From NCBI GenBank assembly GCA_014859085.1, contig JACUUY010000001.1, forward strand, positions 2,896 through 66,895: a DNA stretch of 64,000 nt, in the 5' to 3' direction. Source of the DNA: a candidate division WOR-3 bacterium. Its GTDB lineage: Bacteria; Hydrothermota; Tepidihabitantia; SM23-42. Of the stretch, positions 55,711 to 64,000 are shown piece by piece. Below the pieces are notes generated by a model. It was not told the origin of the DNA. It was given only the letters and a program-made list of their open reading frames with translations, and did no database searches. Every line of letters begins with the position of its first letter. Position 1 is the first letter of the stretch. The position numbers and the translations under genes are program-made.

Positions 55711-57667
55711 GTTTCTCCATCCTGCGTCTAATTGCCTTGATCCGGTCCCTAATCCCTGCTGCCTGTTCGAATTCGAGGAGGGCCACTGCTTCCGCCATTT
55801 CACGGTGGAGCCGGCCGAGCTCTTCGATGCCGATATCCTCGTCGTGATCCTTTTTCATGATGCGGTCGGCGACCGCGGTCGTCCTCATTATTTCGTCATG
55901 ACTTTTGATAATGCTGCGCGGCGTGATATTGTGTTCCTCATTGTATTTGATCTGCCTTTCCCGGCGCCGCTCCATTTCCCTCATTGCGTTGCGCATCGAC
56001 CTGGTTATCTCATCGGCGTACATGATGACCTCGCTGCGCACGTTGCGTGCCGCGCGGCCCGCGGTCTGGATGAGCGACCGCTCGCTGCGCAGAAATCCTT
56101 CCCGGTCCGCATCGAGGATCGCGACCAGAGCAACCTCGGGCAGGTCGAGGCCTTCCCGCAGGAGGTTGATGCCCACCAGGATATCGAACTCGCCGAGCCG
56201 GAGGCCGCGCAATATCTCAACGCGCTGTATCGCATCGATCTCCGAGTGCATATACCGCACGCGCAGGCCAAGCTCATGCAGATATTCGGTGAGGTCTTCG
56301 GCCATCCTCTTGGTCAGGGTCGTGACGAGTACGCGCTCGTTGCTGGCGACCCGTTCTTTCACCTCGCCGAGCAGGTCGTCGACCTGGTTGTTCGCCGGCC
56401 GGACCGAGATCCGGGGGTCGACAATGCCGGTCGGCCTTACGATCTGTTCGACGATCTGGCGTTTCGATCGTTCGATCTCCCAATCGCCCGGGGTTGCGGA
56501 AACGCAGATCGCCCGATTGATCAGGGATTCGAACTCGTTGAACCTCAGCGGTCGGTTCTCCAGGGCTGATGGCAATCTGAAGCCGTGCTCGACGAGGGTC
56601 AGTTTCCGGGAGTGGTCGCCTTCGTACATCCCGTTGATCTGGGGGATCGTGACGTGCGATTCGTCGATGACGATGAGGAAATCGGCCGGGAAATAATCTA
56701 TCAGGCAGAACGGTCTTGCCCCGGGCTGGCGGCCTGAAAGGTGCATGGAGTAATTCTCGATGCCCGGGCAGTAGCCCATTTCAACGAGCATCTCGATGTC
56801 GAAATTGGTCCGTTGCTGCAAGCGCTGTGCTTCGAGTAACTTGTTCTGTTTTTTCAACTCGACGGTCCGCTCTTCGAGCTCCTGCCGGATGTCCTGGATG
56901 GCTTTCTCGATCCGCGGCTGGGTTGTTATGAAATGCTTGGCCGGGAATATGACGACGTTGTCCAGTTCTTCCCGGGCGTGGCCCGAGATCGGATCGAATA
57001 GCTGTATGCGTTCGATCTGGTCGCCGCACGCCTGTAGCCGGATCCCGTGTTCCTCGTCCGCCGGGTGCACGTCGATTGTGTCGCCGCGCACGCGAAACGT
57101 GCCGCGCGCGAAATCGATGTCGTTGCGCCGGTACTGGATCGAGACGAGCTCGTTCAGCAGTGCATCCCGCTCCTTTTCCTTTCCCTTCTCAACCATGACA
57201 ACGAGTTCCCTGACTTCGTCCGGCGAGCCTATGTTGTAGATGCACGAGACCGAAGCGATGATGATGACGTCACGCCTCGTCAGCAGGGATGATGTCGCAC
57301 GCAATCGGAGCCGCTCGATCTCCTCGTTGATCGAAGCGTCTTTTTCAATGTAGAGATCGCGTTCGGGAACATACGCTTCGGGCTGGTAATAATCATAGTA
57401 GGAGATGAAGTACTCGACGCCGTTTTCCGGAAAGAAACCTTTGAACTCTCCGTACAGCTGGGCGGCCAGGGTCTTGTTGTGGGATATCACGAGCGTTGGT
57501 CGCTGCACCCGCTCGATCACGTTGGCGATCGTGAAGGTCTTGCCCGAACCCGTGACGCCCAGCAGGGTCTGGTATTTCCTGTTCCGGTCGATCCCCTCGG
57601 TTAATCTTTCGATCGCTTCGGGCTGGTCGCCTTTCGGTGAGAATTCGGTATTGAGTCTAAATCTCAC
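55661..57667 (-). CDS. uvrB: excinuclease ABC subunit B
   Basis: 668 aa. Walker [11 protein letters not shown], helicase motifs, beta-hairpin region, and C-terminal UvrB/UvrC interaction domain. Confidence 0.95.
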   Translation of the reverse strand: MRFRLNTEFSPKGDQPEAIERLTEGIDRNRKYQTLLGVTGSGKTFTIANVIERVQRPTLVISHNKTLAAQLYGEFKGFFPENGVEYFISYYDYYQPEAYVPERDLYIEKDASINEEIERLRLRATSSLLTRRDVIIIASVSCIYNIGSPDEVRELVVMVEKGKEKERDALLNELVSIQYRRNDIDFARGTFRVRGDTIDVHPADEEHGIRLQACGDQIERIQLFDPISGHAREELDNVVIFPAKHFITTQPRIEKAIQDIRQELEERTVELKKQNKLLEAQRLQQRTNFDIEMLVEMGYCPGIENYSMHLSGRQPGARPFCLIDYFPADFLIVIDESHVTIPQINGMYEGDHSRKLTLVEHGFRLPSALENRPLRFNEFESLINRAICVSATPGDWEIERSKRQIVEQIVRPTGIVDPRISVRPANNQVDDLLGEVKERVASNERVLVTTLTKRMAEDLTEYLHELGLRVRYMHSEIDAIQRVEILRGLRLGEFDILVGINLLREGLDLPEVALVAILDADREGFLRSERSLIQTAGRAARNVRSEVIMYADEITRSMRNAMREMERRRERQIKYNEEHNITPRSIIKSHDEIMRTTAVADRIMKKDHDEDIGIEELGRLHREMAEAVALLEFEQAAGIRDRIKAIRRRMEKHEEKRRQNDAPKERPE

Positions 57668-59342
57668 GCTTCAGGATCCGGTACGAAAGCGCATCGACCG
57701 AGAGTTTCAAGGTTTGTGCGTAGGCGATGTACTTTTCTCCGCTCATCAGATCGAGATACGTGCCGTCCCATGCCGGCAGTTTGACAAAGACCTGCGCCGG
57801 ATTGCAGTTGAGCACCGTGATGACCCCTCCCCGGTCATACGCGTAGACCTTCTTGATGTCATCGGTATAGAGCGTGAAGAAGTGCCGGCCCGTGAGGTGG
57901 CGGCTCTCACGGCGCATCCTGATCAATCCCCGGAGCCGGTGCAGCAACCTCCGGTTCTGCTCGCGCGCGTTCCAGGGGAAGCTGCCCCAGTTGAGCGGTG
58001 CCGATGTCTGCATGCCGACTTCATCACCGCAGAGCAGCATTGGCGAACCGCAGTAGGTGAAGACGAAGGCATACATCAATTCGAGCACTCTGTCGTCCAC
58101 CGCATATGCTATGCGCTGATCATGGTCATGCAGGCCGATCAAGTTGACGCGATTGACCTGGGCCGGGTTGAAGAACAGCATGCGGTTGATGATGCTGTCG
58201 AATGCCGCGGTGGTTAGTGTGTTGTCGACGAAATAGGCTCTCAGATCCCGGGTGAACTGGCGGTCGTAGCAGGCATCGGCCCCGTTTGTCCGCGGCAGTC
58301 GGCGGTCAGTGCTGATGATAAGGAGATCGGGGTACCTTGCCCGCACGTGTTCATACAGCCTTCCCATGAAGTTGCCGTCAATCTCCTCGCTCTCGCCGAA
58401 ATAGAAGCCGTCAAATCCGAAACGCGCCCAGTAATCGATGAAATCGATCAGGTAGTCCTGGAGCTGGCGATTGCGCAGGTTCAACAGGGGAAAGCGCATA
58501 TCCGAGCGCCATGCCCGGTATTTGAACCCACCCGGCTGCGAAGGCATCGACAGGATGCGGTACCAATCAGCGTAGCCCGACGCACCCTGCTTTGACGTGA
58601 TGTCGATGAAAGCCGGGAAGTCGTTGCCGGTATGGGTGACGACTATGTGCAGCACGATCTTCTTGCGCATGCTGTGAACCTCTTCGATCAATCTCTTGAG
58701 GTCGTTCGTATCCCCGTATGCCGCATCGATCGTCGCAAAATCGCGGGGGTTCAATTTGTGGTTGGATGCGGCGGTGAAGATCGGCGAGAGTATTATTATG
58801 TCCGGGCCGAGGGAATCAAGATAAGCGCTGCGCTCGATAATGCCTTTGAGATCGCCGCCGTACGGCAGCCAGTTGCTGGGCGGCCTGCCCCATTCGTTCG
58901 TGCGCTCAGGATCGTTGAGGGCGTCCCCGTTGGAAAAACCATCGACGGTAATGTAATAATATGTCCGGCCCGCGGCCCACTCCGGGATCTTCATGGTCCG
59001 CGCAAGCGGGCGGAAATAGTTCTGGTCCGGGATCGACAGGGTATCGGTTCCGCGCGTCACGATGAATTTATACGCTAAGGTCGAGTCAAAGACCCCCATG
59101 CTGGCCACGTAGTATTCGAAATCCTTGTCGCGGTGGCCGACGTCCATTTTGACCACGCGCGCGCCGGACGCGGCAAATGCCTGCTCGATGTTGTCCCTCG
59201 CAACCCTGAGCCGGAGTTCGCCCACCTGCGGGTTCACATAGAAGATGTCATTGGGATCGTGGAATATCGCCTCCGGCGGGATGGCGCCGGCGGTCTGCTG
59301 CATCATTACCAGAACGAAGACTCTCAGTGCGAGACACCCCAT
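57657..59342 (-). CDS. glycoside hydrolase family 13 (alpha-amylase family) protein, secreted
   Basis: 561 aa with signal peptide. GH13-like conserved regions ([12 protein letters not shown] region II-like; LIGLHDHDQ region IV-like). Confidence 0.55.
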   Translation of the reverse strand: MGCLALRVFVLVMMQQTAGAIPPEAIFHDPNDIFYVNPQVGELRLRVARDNIEQAFAASGARVVKMDVGHRDKDFEYYVASMGVFDSTLAYKFIVTRGTDTLSIPDQNYFRPLARTMKIPEWAAGRTYYYITVDGFSNGDALNDPERTNEWGRPPSNWLPYGGDLKGIIERSAYLDSLGPDIIILSPIFTAASNHKLNPRDFATIDAAYGDTNDLKRLIEEVHSMRKKIVLHIVVTHTGNDFPAFIDITSKQGASGYADWYRILSMPSQPGGFKYRAWRSDMRFPLLNLRNRQLQDYLIDFIDYWARFGFDGFYFGESEEIDGNFMGRLYEHVRARYPDLLIISTDRRLPRTNGADACYDRQFTRDLRAYFVDNTLTTAAFDSIINRMLFFNPAQVNRVNLIGLHDHDQRIAYAVDDRVLELMYAFVFTYCGSPMLLCGDEVGMQTSAPLNWGSFPWNAREQNRRLLHRLRGLIRMRRESRHLTGRHFFTLYTDDIKKVYAYDRGGVITVLNCNPAQVFVKLPAWDGTYLDLMSGEKYIAYAQTLKLSVDALSYRILKREI

Positions 59343-59348
59343 AATGAG

Positions 59349-59377
59349 ATTCTATGCCAAATCCCCGCATTTGTCAA
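59349..59377 (-). promoter_or_regulatory. sigma70 promoter (TTGACA, 17 nt, TAGAAT) 6 nt upstream of the GH13 ATG; leaderless geometry
   Basis: Minus strand reads gTTGACAaatgcggggatttggcaTAGAATctcattATG. Confidence 0.5.
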
Positions 59378-59601
59378 CACTGCCACTACTATTGACCATC
59401 GATACTCGATGCTTGATACTTGATACACTACTGTTGTCATAGCGCATCCGCCGCCATGGACGCGCCCCATCGGTGTATCTCCAGCTCGCCGCGAAAAACA
59501 TGGGCCCGTCTGCATTATTCAGAAAGCCCAATGAATTGGGCGACTACAAGGGCATGATTACAGTGTTGGTTTTGAGATTCGTATTTTGATATTGTTTAGA
59601 A

Positions 59602-59625
59602 TTTAGGATTTCGTATTTAGGATTT
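59602..59625. repeat. tandem TTTAGGATTT-cgta-TTTAGGATTT motifs upstream of the hslU promoter
   Basis: The same motif and flanking sequences (TATTTTGAnnTTGT...TTTAGGATTT...hairpin...-35) occur upstream of gyrA on the opposite strand. Confidence 0.5.
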
Positions 59626-59643
59626 ACCCGCGTAGCGGGTCTC

Positions 59644-59671
59644 TTGACATAACCGCGATATTCACTATAAT
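59644..59671 (+). promoter_or_regulatory. perfect consensus sigma70 promoter (TTGACA, 16 nt, TATAAT) 8 nt upstream of the hslU ATG; leaderless geometry
   Basis: Plus strand reads ctcTTGACAtaaccgcgatattcacTATAATcatggtagATG. Confidence 0.6.
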
Positions 59672-59679
59672 CATGGTAG

Positions 59680-61059
59680 ATGGTGGATAAGGCTGTGCTC
59701 AAAACAACAGGAAATGACGCCTTTCCGACTCCCGAAGAGATAGTCGCCCGCCTCGATCGATACATCATCGGTCAATCCGAAGCGAAGAAAGCAGTGGCCA
59801 TTGCCCTGCGGAACCGTTGGCGCCGGCAGCGGGTCGAAGGCAAGATAAAGGAAGAGATCTATCCGAACAACATCATCCTCATCGGTCCGACCGGCGTGGG
59901 CAAGACCGAGATCGCGCGCCGCTTGGCCGGGCTGGCACGCGCGCCGTTCATCAAGGTCGAGGCCTCCCGTTTTACCGAGGTCGGGTACGTGGGCCGTGAT
60001 GTCGAGTCGATGGTCAGGGACCTCGTTGAGATATCGGTGAACATGGTGCGCCAGGAGCGTACGAGCACGGTCCAGGAAAAAGCCAAAACCTATGTCGAGG
60101 AAAGGCTTCTCGATATTCTGCTGCCGGCTCCGGTCCAATCTGCTAAGGACGAAAATACCGCGACCGCGCTCGAGACCTTGCGCAGTACAAGAGAAAAGAT
60201 GCGGGCTAAGCTACGCCGTGGCGAACTGGACGACCGTATGGTTGAACTCGAGGTCTCCCGGCCGGGTGCGGTGCCGTTCGTTGAGATCTTCGGTCAGGGC
60301 GGCATCGAGGACCTAAGCGTTGCCATGGAACAGGCGTTTGGCGGCAGGATGCCCAAGCGCAAGAAGAAGAGGAAGATGCCGGTCAAGGAGGCGATCACGT
60401 ATTTGCAGCATGAGGAGATCGAGAAACTGATCGACATGGATGAGGTCATAAACGAAGCCAGGCAACGGGCGGAAAATGCCGGCATTATATTCGTCGACGA
60501 GATCGACAAAGTTGCCGGCGGCGGCGCAATGAGCGGTCCGGACGTCTCCCGCGAAGGCGTGCAGCGTGACCTGCTGCCGATCGTCGAGGGCTCGAACGTG
60601 ATGACCAAATACGGTATGATGAAAACGAATCACATACTTTTCATCGCGGCCGGAGCTTTTCACAACAAGAAACCATCCGATTTGATCCCGGAACTCCAGG
60701 GCCGGTTCCCGATCCGGGTCGAACTCTCGGCCTTGTCTGAAAAGGATTTCCGCCGCATCCTGGTCGAACCAGAGAATTCACTGATCAAGCAGTACGTGGC
60801 GCTACTGGCGAGCGACGGCGTCGAGCTGGAATTCACAGACGACGCAATCGATTCGATTGCCAAGATCGCCGGCGTGGTGAATGAAACGACCGAGAATATC
60901 GGCGCGCGTCGCTTGCACACGATCATGACCAAACTCCTCGAGGAACTGCTCTTCAGCGCGCCCCGGGCAACGAAGAGGGTGAGAATAACGCATGACTATG
61001 TCGACGGCAAACTGGGCGAGATCGTCCGCAACGTGGACGTTTCCCGCTACATACTGTAG
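59680..61059 (+). CDS. hslU: ATP-dependent protease ATPase subunit HslU
   Basis: 459 aa. N-terminal [34 protein letters not shown], Walker [17 protein letters not shown]-domain and C-terminal sensor motifs. No hslV lies upstream. Confidence 0.9.
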   Translation: MVDKAVLKTTGNDAFPTPEEIVARLDRYIIGQSEAKKAVAIALRNRWRRQRVEGKIKEEIYPNNIILIGPTGVGKTEIARRLAGLARAPFIKVEASRFTEVGYVGRDVESMVRDLVEISVNMVRQERTSTVQEKAKTYVEERLLDILLPAPVQSAKDENTATALETLRSTREKMRAKLRRGELDDRMVELEVSRPGAVPFVEIFGQGGIEDLSVAMEQAFGGRMPKRKKKRKMPVKEAITYLQHEEIEKLIDMDEVINEARQRAENAGIIFVDEIDKVAGGGAMSGPDVSREGVQRDLLPIVEGSNVMTKYGMMKTNHILFIAAGAFHNKKPSDLIPELQGRFPIRVELSALSEKDFRRILVEPENSLIKQYVALLASDGVELEFTDDAIDSIAKIAGVVNETTENIGARRLHTIMTKLLEELLFSAPRATKRVRITHDYVDGKLGEIVRNVDVSRYIL

Positions 61060-61068
61060 AATGTAAAA

Positions 61069-61464
61069 ATGGAACTGAAGAGATTCCTGCTCGTTTTGAC
61101 AAGCACTGACGATCAATCGATCCTGCCGGCGGCCGTGGAGTTATGCAAGGCAGCGGGCGGCAAGTTGTTCGCCATGTTTGTGATCGAGCCCGACCAGGTA
61201 TCACGGTCAGCGGTCCTTGCCGGTCAGGACGTGAACGTGCTGCGTGATGCGACCGAAGAGGAGGGTTGGAAGTTGCTCTATCTCGTTGAGGACGATGCCG
61301 TTGAGAACGGGGTCTGGACTTCACTTCATCTAATGGAGGGTGATCCCCTGAAGTTGACAATGCGCCACGTCGAGACCTATCAGATCGACGCGCTGTTGAT
61401 TAAGAAAAAAGACGAGTCGATGGGAATGTTTGTGTCATCATCGGTCCCGGTGATCGGGTTATAA
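61069..61464 (+). CDS. universal stress protein (UspA)-like small protein
   Basis: 131 aa. KRFLLVLTSTDDQSILPAAVELCKAAGGKLFAMFVIEP resembles the Usp alpha/beta fold N-terminus. The ATP-binding G-x2-G-x9-G(S/T) motif is not evident. Confidence 0.45.
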   Translation: MELKRFLLVLTSTDDQSILPAAVELCKAAGGKLFAMFVIEPDQVSRSAVLAGQDVNVLRDATEEEGWKLLYLVEDDAVENGVWTSLHLMEGDPLKLTMRHVETYQIDALLIKKKDESMGMFVSSSVPVIGL

Positions 61465-61531
61465 ATGATGATTCGATTTTGTGCGAATTTCCCTCGGTGT
61501 GCAATATCACGGTTGGACAAGAGGAGGTTTG

Positions 61532-61993
61532 ATGCAACTAAAGATCTCTGAATATCTAAAACCAGAGGCAATAATGATGGAAATCAAGGCAAAGGAGAAG
61601 ATTGCCGCGATAAATGAGCTGGTTGCACATATGGTGGAAAACAACATGGTGAGCGATGGCGACGAATTCATCAATGCCCTGGCAAAGCGCGAGAATCTTG
61701 AATCCACAGGGATCGGCGACGGCATAGCAATACCCCATGCGCGGACAAATGCGGTCCGCGATCTCATACTGGCGTTTGCCCAATCGCCGCAAGGCATTGA
61801 TTTTTCATCGATCGACGGAAAGCCATCACACATCATTTTTCTCATTGCCTCTCCAGAGAGCCAGAAATCCGAGTACATCGTGGCTCTGGCAAAACTATCG
61901 AGGCTGCTGCGCAAGCCCTCGGTACGCGAGATGCTGAGGAGTGCCAAGGACCGCGAAGAGGTAATGGATATCATCCGGAGAAATGAAGATTAG
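61532..61993 (+). CDS. ptsN: PTS EIIA(Ntr)-type nitrogen regulatory protein PtsN
   Basis: The start is placed at the ATG preceded by AAGAGGAGG. Phosphorylatable His context GIGDGIAIPHAR and IFLIASPE. Confidence 0.7.
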   Translation: MQLKISEYLKPEAIMMEIKAKEKIAAINELVAHMVENNMVSDGDEFINALAKRENLESTGIGDGIAIPHARTNAVRDLILAFAQSPQGIDFSSIDGKPSHIIFLIASPESQKSEYIVALAKLSRLLRKPSVREMLRSAKDREEVMDIIRRNED

Positions 61994-63242
61994 GCATTTG
62001 TTATGTGTACTGATCCTGTCCGCCGTGGTGACCGGGTATTTACACGCGGACAAATTGCTCGTGCCGATGGATTTGTCGCAGTCTGACCATCTGAAGGCAT
62101 ACGGAGTCGCGTATCGCGCGCTCGGTCAGGGGGTCGATGTTGAATGGCTGCTCAATTTCCGCGGCGGTTCTTTTCTCATGAACTATGACAAATCGGTTGA
62201 GCGGGACTGTGCGGTTGCTGGTGTTCGGTGGGAGCGGGTGGCCGCATCCGATGTATTGTCGATCTACCAGGTTATCGAAGAGAACAATATGGAGACGGTG
62301 CTCCTGGAAAAGGCGCCGCGCATTGCCGTCTACATTCCCGACAACTTTGAACCATGGGACGATGCGGTCACGCTGGTGCTGGAATACGCCGATATACCCT
62401 ATGATCAGGTCTGGGATGACGACGTCCTGAAGGGCGCACTGACCAAATACGATTGGCTCCATCTGCACCATGAGGATTTCACCGGTCAGTACGGCAAGTT
62501 CTATGGTACCCAGCGACACAGCGAGTGGTATCAGGCCGAGGTGCGCATAAACGAGGAAATGGCACAGAGGCTCGGGTTCAGCAAAGTGTCCAGGATGAAA
62601 CTTGCCGTGGCCCTTGCCATAAAGGAGTATATCGCGCAGGGTGGTTTTGTTTTTTCGATGTGTTCGGCCTGCGATACCTATGATATCGGCCTGGCCGCCG
62701 GCGAGACCGACATATGCCATGAGGTTTATGACGGCGACCCGTTTGACCGCCAGGCAAACAGCAAACTCGATTTCTCCCGGTGCCTTGCTTTTGAGAATTT
62801 CCAGGTCATTCTCGACCCGCTGGTGTATGAACACTCAACGATCGATGTTACTCAGGAAGCAAGCCGGCGGGGGCCAAACACCTTTTTCTCCTTATTTGAT
62901 TTTTCTGCCAAGTTCGATCCGGTGCCATGCATGCTCGTGCAGAATCACACGTCGCTCGTGAAAGAGTTCCTTGGTCAGTGCACCGGCTTCCGGCGCGGTA
63001 CGATCAAGGTTTCGGCGGTGATCCTGGGCGAGGTCGTCGGCACCGAGGAAGTGAAATACTTGCATGGCGAATACGGAAAGGGGACGTTTACTTATCTGGG
63101 CGGTCATGACCCGGAGGATTATCAGCATTTTGTCGGCGACCCGCCGACCGACCTCAGCCTGCACCGGAATTCCCCTGGTTATCGGCTGGTGCTCAATAAT
63201 GTGCTTTTCCCGGCTGCCCGCAAGAAGGAGTTGAAGACATAA
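61983..63242 (+). CDS. hypothetical secreted protein (possible class-I glutamine-amidotransferase-like fold; low confidence)
   Basis: 419 aa with signal peptide MKIRHLLCVLILSAVVTGYLHA. No motif recognised with confidence. Confidence 0.3.
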   Translation: MKIRHLLCVLILSAVVTGYLHADKLLVPMDLSQSDHLKAYGVAYRALGQGVDVEWLLNFRGGSFLMNYDKSVERDCAVAGVRWERVAASDVLSIYQVIEENNMETVLLEKAPRIAVYIPDNFEPWDDAVTLVLEYADIPYDQVWDDDVLKGALTKYDWLHLHHEDFTGQYGKFYGTQRHSEWYQAEVRINEEMAQRLGFSKVSRMKLAVALAIKEYIAQGGFVFSMCSACDTYDIGLAAGETDICHEVYDGDPFDRQANSKLDFSRCLAFENFQVILDPLVYEHSTIDVTQEASRRGPNTFFSLFDFSAKFDPVPCMLVQNHTSLVKEFLGQCTGFRRGTIKVSAVILGEVVGTEEVKYLHGEYGKGTFTYLGGHDPEDYQHFVGDPPTDLSLHRNSPGYRLVLNNVLFPAARKKELKT

Positions 63243-63373
63243 ACCGGTCGAAGTTCCATATCCAGACCAAGGATCTTGAAGAGGAGCACGTATTTGAATT
63301 TCAGGATCTCATCCCGGCCGAGCTCGATCTTGACAAGAGCAAAAGCCTCAAGCTTGCCAGGATCGACGCGGTC

Positions 63374-63814
63374 GTGAAGCTGCGCAAGAGCGCGCTCGGC
63401 ATCGGCGCTGATTTTACGGTCGTATATCAAAGCGAGGCCACGTGCATGCGCTGCCTGCGCGCGTTCCCGCAGGAAAAACGCGTTGAGCTCCGCCTTGATT
63501 ACGTACCGGGCGAGGATCCTTTCTGCCATGCCGAGAATATCGTATTGACGCCGCATGATGCAGACCGCGTGTACTATCGCAGTCCTCACATAGATTTGAG
63601 CATCGGCATCAGGGAAGCAGTTGTTCTATCGACGCCGATCACCCAGGTGTGTAAAGATGACTGCCCGGGCTTGTGCCCGGTGTGCGGTGCGGATCTGAAC
63701 AAGGGCCGGTGTTCATGCGCGGCCGCCGAGAGCGGTCCTTTCTCGTCCAGAAAGAACCTTGCCGGAAATGTGAACGTTGCCTCCAGGAAATGGCCGAAGG
63801 CGCGCAAGAAATGA
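63374..63814 (+). CDS. yceD: YceD/DUF177 family protein (C-terminal Cys-rich metal-binding motif)
   Basis: C-terminal CKDDCPGLCPVCGADLNKGRCSC is typical of DUF177. Family-like sequence continues in frame upstream to about 63244 (RSKFHIQTKDLEEEHVFEFQDLIPAELDLDKSKSLKLARIDAVV) with no canonical start codon there. Confidence 0.6.
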   Translation: MKLRKSALGIGADFTVVYQSEATCMRCLRAFPQEKRVELRLDYVPGEDPFCHAENIVLTPHDADRVYYRSPHIDLSIGIREAVVLSTPITQVCKDDCPGLCPVCGADLNKGRCSCAAAESGPFSSRKNLAGNVNVASRKWPKARKK

Positions 63815-63858
63815 GGATCGCGGCGCCATGATCGTCTTTGTATCCCTTGCCCATTAAC

Positions 63859-64000
63859 ATGCTGCTGCTACTGCTTTCTTCGCTGGCGATCGACAGCATT
63901 CTCAATCAGCCCGAGCTCCAGCACGCGCATGTCGGCATGATCGTGCTTGACCTGAGCCGGGATACCGTGATCTATGCCCGGAATTGTCAGAAATCCATGG
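63859..64000 (+). CDS. D-Ala-D-Ala carboxypeptidase/endopeptidase (PBP4/DacB family)-like, 3' partial (runs off the window end)
   Basis: MLLLLLSSLAIDSILNQPELQHAHVGMIVLDLSRDTVIYARN resembles the PBP4 N-terminus. Truncated by the window end. Confidence 0.35.
   Translation, partial: MLLLLLSSLAIDSILNQPELQHAHVGMIVLDLSRDTVIYARNCQKSM

Noticed and set aside
54814-55803. N-terminal extensions creating 100-143-bp overlaps between folC/nadC and nadC/uvrB
   Set aside because: The conserved cores of FolC and NadC start well downstream of the called starts. The overlaps are best explained by upstream false starts (ORF-caller artefact), not by real gene overlap.
1-64000. Mobile elements, CRISPR arrays, rRNA/tRNA genes
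   Set aside because: No transposase, integrase or recombinase ORFs were found. No regularly spaced direct repeats. No tRNA-like cloverleaf candidates were spotted in any intergenic region, though small tRNAs cannot be fully excluded by eye.

Overview
This is a GC-rich (~58-60%) chromosomal segment carrying about 55 protein-coding genes; I found no rRNA or tRNA gene, CRISPR array, transposase or integrase (tRNAs cannot be fully excluded by eye). The organism looks like a member of the FCB superphylum (candidate-phylum-like). Evidence: two cargo proteins end in T9SS C-terminal sorting domains, there are two GWxTD-domain proteins, and the citrate synthase is the eukaryotic type (GGMRG motif).

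Gene content, in order along the window:
- A soluble NuoE / HydB-like NuoF / NuoG-FdhA-like redox module, cut by the window start.
- A cell-surface cluster: a Kelch protein with a T9SS tail, a YfhO-like membrane protein, a UPF0104 flippase-like protein, a SAM methyltransferase and an FG-GAP protein with a T9SS tail.
- comEB-gyrA, followed by a lon-GWxTD-GWxTD-NYN-PHP gene string.
- A tightly coupled four-gene operon: a Zn-ribbon class-III cyclase fused to a STAND ATPase and TPR repeats, a small Zn-ribbon cyclase, a HEAT-repeat protein and an Hsp20.
- rlmN, then a compact block encoding aconitase-family large subunit (LeuC type), citrate synthase, LeuD-type small subunit and an isocitrate/isopropylmalate dehydrogenase-family enzyme; two of these carry odd polybasic tails.
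- fabG-acpP-fabF, coaE and a Zn-ribbon protein.
- A 689-aa GreA-like protein.
- An ECF sigma / anti-sigma / bactofilin-like (DUF4097-type) membrane-protein operon.
- An iscR / PurM-like / nifS / nifU operon.
- A second ECF sigma/anti-sigma pair.
- A heavy-metal RND efflux locus (TolC-like, CusB-like with metal-binding motif, CusA-like, P-II-like, DUF302, SHOCT).
- folC, nadC, uvrB, a GH13 hydrolase, an hslU with no adjacent hslV, a Usp-like protein, ptsN, a secreted hypothetical protein, yceD and a partial PBP4-like gene.

Two window-wide signals stand out. First, many genes carry near-consensus sigma70 -35/-10 hexamers placed only 5-8 nt from the start codon, which implies leaderless mRNAs. 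Second, gyrA and hslU share a homologous ~250-bp upstream module. The most interesting protein-level inference is that the two adjacent cyclase-domain proteins have complementary degenerate catalytic residues, suggesting an obligate asymmetric heterodimeric nucleotidyl cyclase attached to a STAND/TPR sensor. Positions I counted by hand for promoters and repeats may be off by 1-2 nt.
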